64,000 nt of DNA, taken from positions 50,481-114,480 of the forward strand of contig JBDGUB010000010.1 of the NCBI GenBank assembly GCA_042216245.1, given 5' to 3'. The notes beneath the pieces were generated by a model, which was not told the origin of the DNA, ran no database searches, and saw only the letters and a list, made by a program, of their open reading frames with translations. Both the position numbers and the translations under genes were made by a program. This document shows, piece by piece, positions 1 through 9,354 of this stretch. Numbering within the stretch: position 1 is the first letter of the stretch; each line of letters starts with the position of its first letter. This DNA is from Halobacterium sp. (lineage in GTDB: Archaea; Halobacteriota; Halobacteria; Halobacteriales; Halobacteriaceae).

Positions 1-456
1 CACGCGCCCGGGCACACGTCGGAACTCGTCGTGCTCGAGTGGGGCGGCGAGCTCCTCACCGCGGACTGCCTGTTCCTCGACGGCGTCGGCCGCCCCGACC
101 TCGAGGACGCCGACCGCGCCCGCGACCTCGCCGGCCGGCAGTACGACACGGTCCACGACGTCGTCTTCGCCCACGACGACGACGCGCGCGTCCTCCCGGG
201 GCACGTCGACGCCGACGCCGAACCCGGGGATTCCGGCGGATTCGCGGAGCGACTCGGGGACGTCCGGGCGTCGCTCGCGCTCGCGGACCTCGACCGCGAG
301 GCCTTCGTGGAGCGCGTGACGACGGACCTGCCGCCGCGGCCGGCGAACTACGAGACCATCGTCGCCGTGAACCTCGGCGACCGAACGCTCGACGACGACG
401 CGCTCGACCTGGAGCGCGGGCCGAACAACTGCGCGGTGTCCTCCACGGGCGAGTAA
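1..456 (+). CDS. MBL-fold metallo-hydrolase (glyoxalase II/persulfide dioxygenase-like), 5' part outside the window
   Basis: Frame 1 is open from base 1: HAPGHT..LLTADCLFLDGVGRPDL..VLPGH, ending in the GPNNCA tail typical of haloarchaeal MBL/rhodanese proteins. Confidence 0.8.
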   Translation, partial: HAPGHTSELVVLEWGGELLTADCLFLDGVGRPDLEDADRARDLAGRQYDTVHDVVFAHDDDARVLPGHVDADAEPGDSGGFAERLGDVRASLALADLDREAFVERVTTDLPPRPANYETIVAVNLGDRTLDDDALDLERGPNNCAVSSTGE

Positions 457-473
457 CAGGTAGCCCCCAGGCG

Positions 474-544
474 AGTGACGGACCGTCCCGAAGCTAGTCG
501 TCGTCCGGCCAGTAACGGGCGGTCCCGAACCTAGTCGTCGTCCG
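474..544. repeat. Imperfect ~37-bp direct repeat duplicating the ferredoxin stop region
   Basis: agtgacggaccgtcccgaagctagtcgtcgtccg vs agtaacgggcggtcccgaacctagtcgtcgtccg. Confidence 0.75.
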
Positions 545-860
545 CCGCGGCCTGGTCCGCGGCGGCCGCGTCCTGCTCGATGCTCGGCGGGTACTTCCCG
601 CGGTCGAGTTTCAGGTCGGACTGCGGGCGCGCCATGCACGTCAGCGCGTACTCCTCAGCCTCCTCGTCGGTGAGCCCGCGGGCCGCCGGCTGCGTCACCT
701 CGCCGTCCTCGATCTTCGCGGAGCACGCGAGACACATCCCGACCCGGCAGGAGTACTCCTGGGCGATGCCCGCCCGGAGACACGCCTGCAGGACGGTCTC
801 CGTGTCGGCGACCTGGATCTCCTCGCCGGTCCCGACGAACTCCACGGTGTACTCGGTCAT
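531..860 (-). CDS. 2Fe-2S ferredoxin (plant-type fold)
   Basis: MTEYTVEF..YSCRVGMCLAC..ALTC, a C-x4-C-x2-C..C motif; ATG at 860. Confidence 0.92.
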   Translation of the reverse strand: MTEYTVEFVGTGEEIQVADTETVLQACLRAGIAQEYSCRVGMCLACSAKIEDGEVTQPAARGLTDEEAEEYALTCMARPQSDLKLDRGKYPPSIEQDAAAADQAAADDD

Positions 861-968
861 GTGCGTTCGATTGCGGGAGCGCCGATAAAACGCTTTCCTC
901 CGCCGCGTCCTCCCGAATCCGACGAATTGTCCATAAAGAGTTTTCCTCGCGGGGAGCAACTCGGGGGT

Positions 969-2339
969 ATGACCACCCACGAGTACGACGTGCTCGTCGT
1001 CGGCGCCGGGACGTCGGGCTGTTACACGGCCGCGACGGTCGCGAACGCCGGCTACGACGTCGCCGTCGTCGAGCGGAAGTCCGCGGAGGAAGCCGGACAC
1101 ATCGCGTGCGGGGACGCGCTGAAGGGCGCGGACGCGTTCCCGGAGGCCATCCCGAAGTCCAAACTCGAGTCCGCGTTCACGAACACGGGCGTCGACCACG
1201 GCCGCTTCGAGATCCCCCAGGAGGACACCGTCCTCGAGATTCCCGTCCCCGGGGAGCTCGCGGTCGTCGACCGCTGGGAGTACGGCCGGTGTGTCATCCG
1301 GGGCGCCGAGGACGCCGGCGCGGAGTTCCACTACGACGTCGTCGTGGGCGACGTCCTGCAGGACGACGACGGCAGCGTCACGGGCGTCGTCGGCCGGCGG
1401 AACGGCGACGCCATCACGTTCGAGGCGGACGTCGTCGTGGACGCCGCGGGCGCGCTGTCCATCCTCCAGGACAAGGCCGACCTCTCGGACGCCACGTTCG
1501 ACACGAACGTCTCGTACTCGCAGTTCTGTTCGGCGTACCGCGAGATCGTCGAGGTCCCCGAGGAGGTCGAGTGGGACGACGCGCTCGTGTTCAAGCCGAC
1601 CGAGCGCGCCGCCGGCTACCTCTGGTACTTCCCGCGGACGAGCACGGAGATCAACGCCGGCCTCGGCTTCCAGATGAACGAGGAGCCGATGCAGCTCGTC
1701 GACGACCTCAAGCGCGACCTCCGGCACCGCCCCGAGTTCGAGGGCGCCGAAGTGAAGGACAAACTGGGGGCGGCGCTGCCGACGCGCCGGCCGTACGACT
1801 CCGCGACCGCGCCCGGGTTCATCGCGGTCGGGGACGCCGCCGGGCACGTCAACCCCACGACGGGCGGCGGCATCGCGGGCGCCGCGTACGCCGGCAAGTA
1901 CGCGGGCGAGCAGGCCGTCGACGCCATCGAGGACGGCGACGTCTCGGAGGCCGCGCTCTGGGAGTACAACGAGCGCGTGATGGACCACTTCGGCGCGCGG
2001 TACGCCGGCCTCGACGTCTACAACATCCTCTCGACGGCCGTCGACGTCGACGACCTCATGGGCTTGCTCGCGGCGCTCCCCGGCGAGAAGCTCGCGGAAG
2101 CCCTCTACGCGGGCAGCGCGGACTTCAGCCTCCGACTGAAGGCTGTGACCGCGCTGAAGTCCTTCGGCTACTGGGGCCAGATCTGGAACTTCTACAAGAC
2201 GAAACAGGTGGCCGACCGCCTCATCGAGCACTACGAGGACTACCCGAGTTCGCCCGAGCGGATGGCGGACTGGCAGGCCCGCCGCGACGACATCATGGAC
2301 GACGTGTACGCCGTCACCGGCGCCGACCCGAAGTACTGA
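969..2339 (+). CDS. Geranylgeranyl reductase family FAD-dependent oxidoreductase
   Basis: DVLVVGAGTSG Rossmann motif, ACGDA, YLWYFP, VGDAAGHVNPTTGGGI. Confidence 0.88.
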   Translation: MTTHEYDVLVVGAGTSGCYTAATVANAGYDVAVVERKSAEEAGHIACGDALKGADAFPEAIPKSKLESAFTNTGVDHGRFEIPQEDTVLEIPVPGELAVVDRWEYGRCVIRGAEDAGAEFHYDVVVGDVLQDDDGSVTGVVGRRNGDAITFEADVVVDAAGALSILQDKADLSDATFDTNVSYSQFCSAYREIVEVPEEVEWDDALVFKPTERAAGYLWYFPRTSTEINAGLGFQMNEEPMQLVDDLKRDLRHRPEFEGAEVKDKLGAALPTRRPYDSATAPGFIAVGDAAGHVNPTTGGGIAGAAYAGKYAGEQAVDAIEDGDVSEAALWEYNERVMDHFGARYAGLDVYNILSTAVDVDDLMGLLAALPGEKLAEALYAGSADFSLRLKAVTALKSFGYWGQIWNFYKTKQVADRLIEHYEDYPSSPERMADWQARRDDIMDDVYAVTGADPKY

Positions 2340-2389
2340 CGTCAGCACGCTTCTCCCGCAACCCAGCGGACTGACGCTCGCGCTCTCGC

Positions 2390-3670
2390 CTATTCTCCGG
2401 GCCGTTCGGCGGCGACGCGCAGGACCGCGTCCGTCAGCGAGTCGACGCCGATGCGGATGGAGCGCTCGTCGACGTCGAACGTCGGCGTGTGGTGGCCGCC
2501 CGGGTGGTCGGTGCCGACGCAGACGTAGCTCGCGAGGCCCCCGGTCTCCTGGACGCGGTTCATGAGGTAGGTGGCGTCCTCGCTGCCGCCGAGCGCGTCC
2601 CGCTCCAGGACAGTGTCGACGTCCGGGTGTTCGCCGGCCTCGGCTGCGAACGCGTCGACGAGCGCCTGGTCGCTGCGCGCGCTCGGCGCCTCGCCCTCCG
2701 TGGAGAGTTCGACGTCGCACTCGTGCATGTCGGCGGCCGACCGCAGGACGCGCTCGGCCTTCTCCTTCATGTACCGCATCAGGTCCGTTGTCTCGCCGCG
2801 GACCTCGCCCTCCACGAACGCGTCCTCGGGGACGATGTTCGTCGCGGTGCCGCCGCCGACGCGGCCCGCGTTCACCCTGGTGGCGCCGTCGTCGTGGCGC
2901 GGAATCGCGTAGAGGTTCTGGACCGCCGTCGCCATCGCCTGCACGGCGTTCCGGCCGTCCTCGGGGTGCGCGCCGGCGTGCGCGGACTCGCCCTCGAACG
3001 CCGCGAGCACGTGGCTCACCGCGAGGAAGCCGCCGACGCCCGCGACGACCTCGCCGGTCGAGTGGTCGAGGCCGAGGTGGACCGCGTAGAGGTAGTCCAC
3101 GTCGTCGAGGTGGCCGCTCACCGCGACCGCCTTCCCGCCGCCGACGCGCTCCTCGGCCGGCTGGAAGACGACCTTGAATGTCCCCGCGAAGTCGCTGTCA
3201 GCGACGGCCTCGAGGACGCCGACGCCGATGGCCGCGTGGCCGTCGTGCCCGCAGGCGTGCATGTAGCCCTCGTGTTCGGACCGGAATCCCTCCCGGGCGG
3301 GCTCGTGGTCGTCGCCGTCGGACTCCGTGATGTGGAGCGCGTCGATGTCGACGCGCAGGGCGACGGTCGGGCCGTCGCCGCGCTCGAGGACGGCAACCGC
3401 GCCCGTGTGGCCACCCGCCATCTCGTCGACGAGGTCGGGGTCCGCGCCGTCCGCGAGGGCGCGCTCCCGCCACTCCGCGAGCGTCTCGTCGTCCGGCACC
3501 GCCATCCGCGCGTCCGACGCGACCGCGTCCGGGCCGACGTGGAGTTCGTCCACGCCGACGCGGCGGCACGCCTCGACGACGCGCGCCGTGGTGTAGAACT
3601 CGCACCACGCCGGTTCCGGGTGTCGGTGGAGGTCCCGCCGCAGGTCGCGGAGCGCGTGCTGCTGGCTCAT
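2390..3670 (-). CDS. M20D amidohydrolase (AbgA/indole-acetyl-amino-acid hydrolase-like)
   Basis: RRDLHRHPE, LRVDIDAL, MHACGHDGH, FQPAEE, GSED, HHTPTFD. Confidence 0.88.
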   Translation of the reverse strand: MSQQHALRDLRRDLHRHPEPAWCEFYTTARVVEACRRVGVDELHVGPDAVASDARMAVPDDETLAEWRERALADGADPDLVDEMAGGHTGAVAVLERGDGPTVALRVDIDALHITESDGDDHEPAREGFRSEHEGYMHACGHDGHAAIGVGVLEAVADSDFAGTFKVVFQPAEERVGGGKAVAVSGHLDDVDYLYAVHLGLDHSTGEVVAGVGGFLAVSHVLAAFEGESAHAGAHPEDGRNAVQAMATAVQNLYAIPRHDDGATRVNAGRVGGGTATNIVPEDAFVEGEVRGETTDLMRYMKEKAERVLRSAADMHECDVELSTEGEAPSARSDQALVDAFAAEAGEHPDVDTVLERDALGGSEDATYLMNRVQETGGLASYVCVGTDHPGGHHTPTFDVDERSIRIGVDSLTDAVLRVAAERPGE

Positions 3671-3830
3671 GCCAGTACCTCGGGCCGCCGAACGCAATAA
3701 AGGTGTCAGAACTCTCGACGCCCGACCGCCCCCGGCGGGCGCCGATTCGCCGCCCCCGCCCGGCAATACCTGTCACCGACTCCAGACAAGCTATTTGTAC
3801 ACACGCGACATCGGCGTGAAACATGATACC

Positions 3831-5417
3831 ATGAGTGGCAGAGACGACGACGTCGAGGAGGAGCTCTCGGAGGAGCTCGCGGAAGCCGAGGAGTCCGGCT
3901 CAGTCGAGGGCGAGACGGTCGAGTTCTACGGCGGCAAGTGGATGAGCGCGTTCCCACTCGTCTTCTTCGTCGCGTGGGCCATCGTCCAGAGCGGACTGCT
4001 CAGAATCGGTGACACCACCGGGCTCGTCGCCGGGATGCTCGTCGGCCTCATCCTCGGGCTCTTCTTCGTGAAGGGGTCCTGGAAGGGGTACGCGAACACC
4101 ATCTTCGAAGGGATGACCCGCCGGGTCGCCGCCACCGCCGTCGTGGCGTGGCTGTGGGCCGGCATGTTCGCCGACACCATCCAGGCCGGCGAGTTCGTCA
4201 GCGGCCTCGTCTGGGCGGCCGACGCGGCGGGCGTCGGCGCGTCGCTGTTCCCCGCGATCACGTTCGTCCTCGCGGCGCTGCTCGCGACCGGCATCGGCAC
4301 CGGGTACGGGACGACGGTCGCGTTCACCGCGCTGTTCTTCCCCGCGGGCGTCCTGCTCGGCGCGAACCCCGTCCTGCTGTTCGGCGCCATCCTCTCCGGC
4401 GCCGCCTTCGGGGACAACCTCGCGCCCGTCAGCGACACCACCATCGTCTCCGCGGTCACCCAGGACGCCGACATCGGGGGCGTTGTCGCGTCCCGGTTCA
4501 AGTACGCGATCGTCGCCGCGGTGATCGCGTTCGCCGGCTACGTCGTCGCCGGGTCGTCCATGCAGGGCGTCGACGTCGCCGGGAACGCCCAGCAGATCCT
4601 CGTCGGGAACGCCGAACCCGCGGGCCTGCTCCACCTGTTCTCGATGGCCGCCGTCATCGGCACCGCGGTCGCCGGCCGGCACATCGTCGAAGCCATCTCG
4701 TGGGGCATCGTCGTCGCGTTCGTCTTCAACGTCGTCGCCGGCCTCGCGCCCGTCTCCGACATGATCGTCTTCCGGGCGTCGGAAGACCTCGCCATCGCGC
4801 AGGACCTCGCGTTCCTGCCGTTCGTCGAACTCGTCGACACCTCGCAGGCCGGCGTCAGCGCGGGCGTCGGCGGCAGCCTCTACACGGGCGCCCAGGGGTT
4901 CTTCCCCCTCATCGTGCTCGTGTTGCTCATCGTCGCGGGCGCCCAGATCATGATCCGGGGCGGTGGCTTCCGCGCCATCCAGGACTGGCTGCTGAACTCC
5001 GTCGCCACCACCGTCCGGCGCGCCGAGGCGACGATGGTGCTCGGCACCGCGTTCGTCAACTCCATGATCACCATCAACACCGCCGCCGAGATCGCCATCG
5101 CGCCGTACATCGCGCGCCTCGGCGAGCGCTTCAACATCAACGGCTACCGCCGCGCGAACATCCTCGACGCGAACACGTCCGCGCTCGGGTACATCTTCCC
5201 GTGGTCCGGCGGCGTGCTCGTCGGGTACACCGTCATCCAGGGGCTCCCCGAGGAGTACGACTGGTTCACGCAGGCGATGGTCGTCAACCCCGTGGAGGTC
5301 GTGCCGTACGTCTTCCACGGCTGGATGCTCGTGACGGTGTTCGTGATCGCCGCGCTCACCGGGTTCGGGCTGGAGTACACGAGCGACCGCGAGTCCGAGG
5401 AGGTGGCGCGCCTATGA
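3831..5417 (+). CDS. NhaC-family Na+/H+ antiporter or amino-acid transporter
   Basis: Multi-TM protein with GTGYGT and GAAFGDNLAPVSDTTI motifs of the NhaC family. Confidence 0.85.
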   Translation: MSGRDDDVEEELSEELAEAEESGSVEGETVEFYGGKWMSAFPLVFFVAWAIVQSGLLRIGDTTGLVAGMLVGLILGLFFVKGSWKGYANTIFEGMTRRVAATAVVAWLWAGMFADTIQAGEFVSGLVWAADAAGVGASLFPAITFVLAALLATGIGTGYGTTVAFTALFFPAGVLLGANPVLLFGAILSGAAFGDNLAPVSDTTIVSAVTQDADIGGVVASRFKYAIVAAVIAFAGYVVAGSSMQGVDVAGNAQQILVGNAEPAGLLHLFSMAAVIGTAVAGRHIVEAISWGIVVAFVFNVVAGLAPVSDMIVFRASEDLAIAQDLAFLPFVELVDTSQAGVSAGVGGSLYTGAQGFFPLIVLVLLIVAGAQIMIRGGGFRAIQDWLLNSVATTVRRAEATMVLGTAFVNSMITINTAAEIAIAPYIARLGERFNINGYRRANILDANTSALGYIFPWSGGVLVGYTVIQGLPEEYDWFTQAMVVNPVEVVPYVFHGWMLVTVFVIAALTGFGLEYTSDRESEEVARL

Positions 5418-5680
5418 GCCTCCTCGGGAAGTACACGAAGGGCTGGTCGTTCCGCACGAACAAGCCGAGTTTCGACGAGGGCGACGACCTCTCCGTGTTC
5501 GTCACGGGCACCGAGGACGGCGTCCCCGTCGCGCGCGTCGGCGACTCGAAACTCCGGCTCGTCGACGCCCCGGACGGCCTCGTCGACAAGCGCGTTCGGC
5601 TCCGCGTGACGTCCTTCGACGACGACACGCACACGGGCGAGGCGGAGTACCTCGAGACGGTCGGCGAGAGCGCGTTCTAG
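5414..5680 (+). CDS. Small conserved haloarchaeal protein (OB/TRAM-like beta fold), coupled to the transporter
   Basis: ATGA overlap with the upstream stop; MSLLGKYTKGWSFRT..VARVGDSKL..RVRLRVT. Confidence 0.7.
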   Translation: MSLLGKYTKGWSFRTNKPSFDEGDDLSVFVTGTEDGVPVARVGDSKLRLVDAPDGLVDKRVRLRVTSFDDDTHTGEAEYLETVGESAF

Positions 5681-5729
5681 ACGCGCCGCTGTCCGATTTT
5701 TTCGACGGCCGAGAGAGAAGCGAGCGCGG

Positions 5730-6059
5730 TCAGGCGGACGAACCCAGCGGCTTGACCTGTTCCAGTTCGGCTTCGACGTGGACGCTCGACGGGAAGTCGC
5801 GCTCCATGATGGAGCGCGCGAGGTCGTCGTGGCCGTGGAGCTCGATGCGTCGCCGGTAGACGGTGTAGTTCCAGTTGTTCGTCTTCTCGTCGCCGCCGAG
5901 CCGCGCGTACAGCGGGACGCTGATCTCGTCCGGTGCGTCGGAGTGGGGGCCCTTCATCTCCGCGCCCTTCCGCCGGCACGTCTCCTTGATGTCGGAGACG
6001 ACGCCGTCGAGGGCCGCGCGGTCCCCGCTCTTCAGAGAGAGTTTAGTTACGAAGGTCAT
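5730..6059 (-). CDS. Ribosomal protein uS10-like paralog
   Basis: MTFVTKLSLKSGD..RKGAEMKGP..WNYTVYRRRIEL..PSSVHVE resembles the uS10 fold; outside any r-protein operon. Confidence 0.75.
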   Translation of the reverse strand: MTFVTKLSLKSGDRAALDGVVSDIKETCRRKGAEMKGPHSDAPDEISVPLYARLGGDEKTNNWNYTVYRRRIELHGHDDLARSIMERDFPSSVHVEAELEQVKPLGSSA

Positions 6060-6184
6060 GGCTGGGGGGTGCTGGTACGCAATGACGCGTTCCACCGTGA
6101 AAAAGCGTGTGCTTGGCCGCGGAGCGTGCGAGTCGGTCGCTCGGTCCGACATTCTCTTAACTGCCGGTCGTTTATGTACGGTCA

Positions 6185-6616
6185 ATGACGGTCGAAGCGA
6201 CCAGCGCCGGAGCGATCCTGTTCCGCGACACGCGGGACCGGCGCGAATACCTCCTCCTGAAGAGCCGGCCCGGGGACTGGGAGTTCCCGAAGGGCGGCGT
6301 GGAGGGGGACGAAGAGCTCCAGCAGACGGCGATCAGAGAAGTACAGGAGGAAGCCAGCATCGAGGACTTCCGCCTCGTCGACGGCTTCCGCGACGACTAC
6401 GACTACGTGTTCGAGGCGAACGGGGACCGCATCCACAAGACGGTCCACCTGTTCATCGCGAAGTCCTTCGAGGCGAGCGCTGAACTCTCGAACGAACACT
6501 CGGACCTGCAGTGGCGAGACTACGAGCAGGCGATCAACACCATCACGCAGGACGGCCCCCGGGAGATTCTCGAGGACGCCCACGAGTTCCTCGAGGAAGA
6601 GGAGATAGAGGCCTGA
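6185..6616 (+). CDS. Nudix hydrolase, bis(5'-nucleosyl)-tetraphosphatase (Ap4A hydrolase)
   Basis: SAGAILFR, WEFPKGGVEGDEELQQTAIREVQEE Nudix box, LSNEHSDLQW. Confidence 0.9.
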   Translation: MTVEATSAGAILFRDTRDRREYLLLKSRPGDWEFPKGGVEGDEELQQTAIREVQEEASIEDFRLVDGFRDDYDYVFEANGDRIHKTVHLFIAKSFEASAELSNEHSDLQWRDYEQAINTITQDGPREILEDAHEFLEEEEIEA

Positions 6617-6737
6617 CCGGCCGCCCCGTCCGGGGCGCGGCCGCGTAGCGGCAGCCACGCCGCGACACCTGTCGCGCCGGCGACCACCACTCTTCCTCGG
6701 CGACAGCGAAAGAGGTACGTCGCTCGCTCGCACGACT

Positions 6738-7760
6738 GTGGTCGTGGCCGACTCCGAGTTCGGATTCGAGTTGCGGGTGTGCGCGTGGGCCGAACGGCAC
6801 TGGCGGCCGGACGGCGACCGCGTGCCGTCGTTCGTCGCGCGCCAGCTCGGCACCAGGGACCGCCGCTGGGACACCGTCGTCGTGGAAGTCGACCCCGACG
6901 GGCTCGCCCAGCGCGGGCACTTCGGCGGGCAGCGACTGGACTCCGACCTCCTGCACGTCGTCCGGCACGCCCCCGAGGACTGGGCGTTCTACCGGGACGC
7001 GCTCCCGCACCCGGGCTACCCGTGGCGGTACGTCCGCGAGGCCGTCCACCGCGCCGCCGACCGCGGCGTCGTCGAGACCAGGCGAAAGGGTAACCGGATC
7101 GAACTCCGGCGGAAGTGGGCGTACCCGGACTGGGTCGAGCGCGTCGTCGCCATCGAGAACAAGCCCGACCTGGACGCGTCCGCGGCGGACGCGCTCGCGG
7201 ACCAGCTGGAGCGGGACGTCGCGCTCGCGCTCGCCGACGAGGTGTGGCTCGCGACCGAGTCCGACGGCCAACGCGTGGAACGCGCGCTGCTCGCCGAGAT
7301 GCCCGTCGAGGCCGGCATCCTCGTCTTCGACGACGGCGACGCGTCCGTCGAGTGGCGCCCGCGGTCGCTGAACCCCGCGTCCGCCGGCACCCGCATCACG
7401 GACCGGCCGTCGGGCGGCGAGTTCGACCAGTCGCCCGCGAGCTTCGAGTACGTCGACGCCGACTGGAAGGCCGAGAAGCGCCTGGAGATCGCGGAGCGCG
7501 CCTACGAGCGCGGCTGGCGGTCGTACGTCGACACGATGCGGCCGGACTGCCGGCACTTCGACGTCCGCCGGGGCGAGCACGGCTACCTCCCGTACTGCCG
7601 GGCGAAGGACCGCGAACAGACGGCGGCCGAGTGCGCTGGCTCGTGTCCGGAATACGAGCCCGAGCCGCCAGCGTGGCGCCAGCAGGGCTGGCCGCTGGAC
7701 GGCGGCCCGGGCGCGGCGGTCCGGCGCGTCCTCGAGGACCGCCGCGACAGACAGCGCTAG
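6738..7760 (+). CDS. Conserved haloarchaeal hypothetical protein (DUF5787-like); possible PD-(D/E)xK fold with Cys-rich C-terminus
   Basis: Codon-biased ORF: EFGFELRVC, RRWDTVVVE, VAIENKPDL, LADEVWLAT; exact start uncertain. Confidence 0.7.
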   Translation: MVVADSEFGFELRVCAWAERHWRPDGDRVPSFVARQLGTRDRRWDTVVVEVDPDGLAQRGHFGGQRLDSDLLHVVRHAPEDWAFYRDALPHPGYPWRYVREAVHRAADRGVVETRRKGNRIELRRKWAYPDWVERVVAIENKPDLDASAADALADQLERDVALALADEVWLATESDGQRVERALLAEMPVEAGILVFDDGDASVEWRPRSLNPASAGTRITDRPSGGEFDQSPASFEYVDADWKAEKRLEIAERAYERGWRSYVDTMRPDCRHFDVRRGEHGYLPYCRAKDREQTAAECAGSCPEYEPEPPAWRQQGWPLDGGPGAAVRRVLEDRRDRQR

Positions 7761-7794
7761 AAAGTCGACGTTCGCCGTCGCCCACGTCCGTCGC

Positions 7795-8295
7795 CTACTC
7801 CTCGTCGCCCTCGTCGGACTCCACGTTGACCTCGTCGCGGGGCACCGCGAGCCTGTACGTCGGCACGGTGCGGTGTTCGACCTCCACGATGCCCTTGCGC
7901 TTCAGCGTCTGGAGCGCGCGCCGGACGTCCCCGGACGCCAGGTCGCTCGCCTCCGGGAACGCGTCACGGACCGCGTGCAGCACGCTGACGACGCTCTCGG
8001 CGCGCTCGTCGGGGCCGGCGATGACCGCGAACACCTTCCGCTCCGTGTCGGACATGTGGACGGCGGGCGCCTCCCCGTCCTCGGGCGCCGCGCCGACGAG
8101 CGCGGCGGCCTCCGTCGTCGCGCGAATCATGCTGTCCTCGTCCCGGTAGTAGTAGTCCCGCAGCGTCTCCTCGAGGTACTGGTGGACCTCGCTCCCGCTT
8201 TCCATCCCCCAGCGCTCCTGCAGCTCGCCGTTTTTGGTCGGCTGGAGTTCCACGACGTCCGCCAGCCGCTCGCGGTCCTCCTCGGAGAGCGTCAT
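7795..8295 (-). CDS. Conserved haloarchaeal winged-helix protein (DUF5797-like)
   Basis: MTLSEEDRERLADVVELQPTKNGELQERWG..VRRALQTLKRKGIVEV (wHTH-like). Confidence 0.75.
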   Translation of the reverse strand: MTLSEEDRERLADVVELQPTKNGELQERWGMESGSEVHQYLEETLRDYYYRDEDSMIRATTEAAALVGAAPEDGEAPAVHMSDTERKVFAVIAGPDERAESVVSVLHAVRDAFPEASDLASGDVRRALQTLKRKGIVEVEHRTVPTYRLAVPRDEVNVESDEGDEE

Positions 8296-8430
8296 AGCCC
8301 CCGTTTCTCCGGGGCGGTATTTCGGGCTTGCGAAGGGGGTCGGGCCGAGCGAGCGTCGAACGCCTCGACCCCACTCGGGCGCGCCGCGCCATCCCGGAGT
8401 CTTATACTCGCGGTCGCCGTCCATCCGGAC

Positions 8431-9201
8431 GTGACAGACACAGTCAGCCTCGACGTCGACGACGGCGTCGCGACCGTCACCGTCGACCGACCGGACAGCC
8501 TGAACGCCCTGAACGTGGAGACGCTGCACGCGCTCCTGGGCGCGTTCGACGACGCCGCGGACGCGGACGCCCGCGCGGTCGTCCTGACGGGCGCCGGCGA
8601 CCAGGCGTTCGTCGCGGGCGCGGACATCTCCTACATGGTGGACATGGACACCGCGGAAGCCCAGGCGTACGCCGACCTCGGCCACGAGGTCGCGAACCGC
8701 ATCGAGTCGTTCCCCGCGCCCGTCGTCGCCGCCATCAACGGCTACGCGTTCGGCGGCGGGATGGAGCTCGCGCTCGCCTGCGACCTCCGCGTCGCGTCCG
8801 AGCGCGCCGTCCTCGGGCAGACGGAGATCGACCTCGGCATCATCCCGGGCTGGGGCGCCACCCAGCGGCTCCCCCGGCTGGTCGACGACGAGACCGCGCG
8901 GCGACTAATCTACTTCGGGGACCGCCTCGACGCAACGGACGCCCACGAGGAAGGCCTCGTCGGGGAGGTCGTCGCGCACGACGAACTCCGCGAGCACGCC
9001 GCGGACCTCGCCGCCGACCTCGCCGCCCAGCCCGCGACCGCGCTCCGCGCCGCGAAGGAGGCCATCAACCAGAGCCACGAGACCACGCTGGCTGCCGGCC
9101 TCGACTTCGAGCGCCGGACGTGGGCGGGCCTGTTCGGCAGCCACGACCAGCGCGAGGGCATGGAGGCGTTCCTCGAGGACCGCGAACCCGACTTCGAGTG
9201 A
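8431..9201 (+). CDS. Enoyl-CoA hydratase/isomerase (crotonase)
   Basis: RPDSLNALN, AFVAGADI, AAINGYAFGGGMELALACD, TEIDLGIIPGWGATQRL; GTG start. Confidence 0.92.
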   Translation: MTDTVSLDVDDGVATVTVDRPDSLNALNVETLHALLGAFDDAADADARAVVLTGAGDQAFVAGADISYMVDMDTAEAQAYADLGHEVANRIESFPAPVVAAINGYAFGGGMELALACDLRVASERAVLGQTEIDLGIIPGWGATQRLPRLVDDETARRLIYFGDRLDATDAHEEGLVGEVVAHDELREHAADLAADLAAQPATALRAAKEAINQSHETTLAAGLDFERRTWAGLFGSHDQREGMEAFLEDREPDFE

Positions 9202-9354
9202 GACCGGGCGCCGGCTCCCGGCCGGACGACACCCGGACGACACCCGGACGGCCCAGGTCGCCGACCCGGGAACTGGACCGAGCGCTCGTCCGGTAGCGGC
9301 GCCGAGAGCCGGCCGAAACAGGGGGCTTAACTGCGACGAATCGCTACGTCTGGT

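Noticed and set aside
9222-9250. ccggacgacac short repeat and small intergenic hairpins (also ~9764-9783 and ~10975-11001)
   Set aside because: Too short to distinguish from chance at this GC content.
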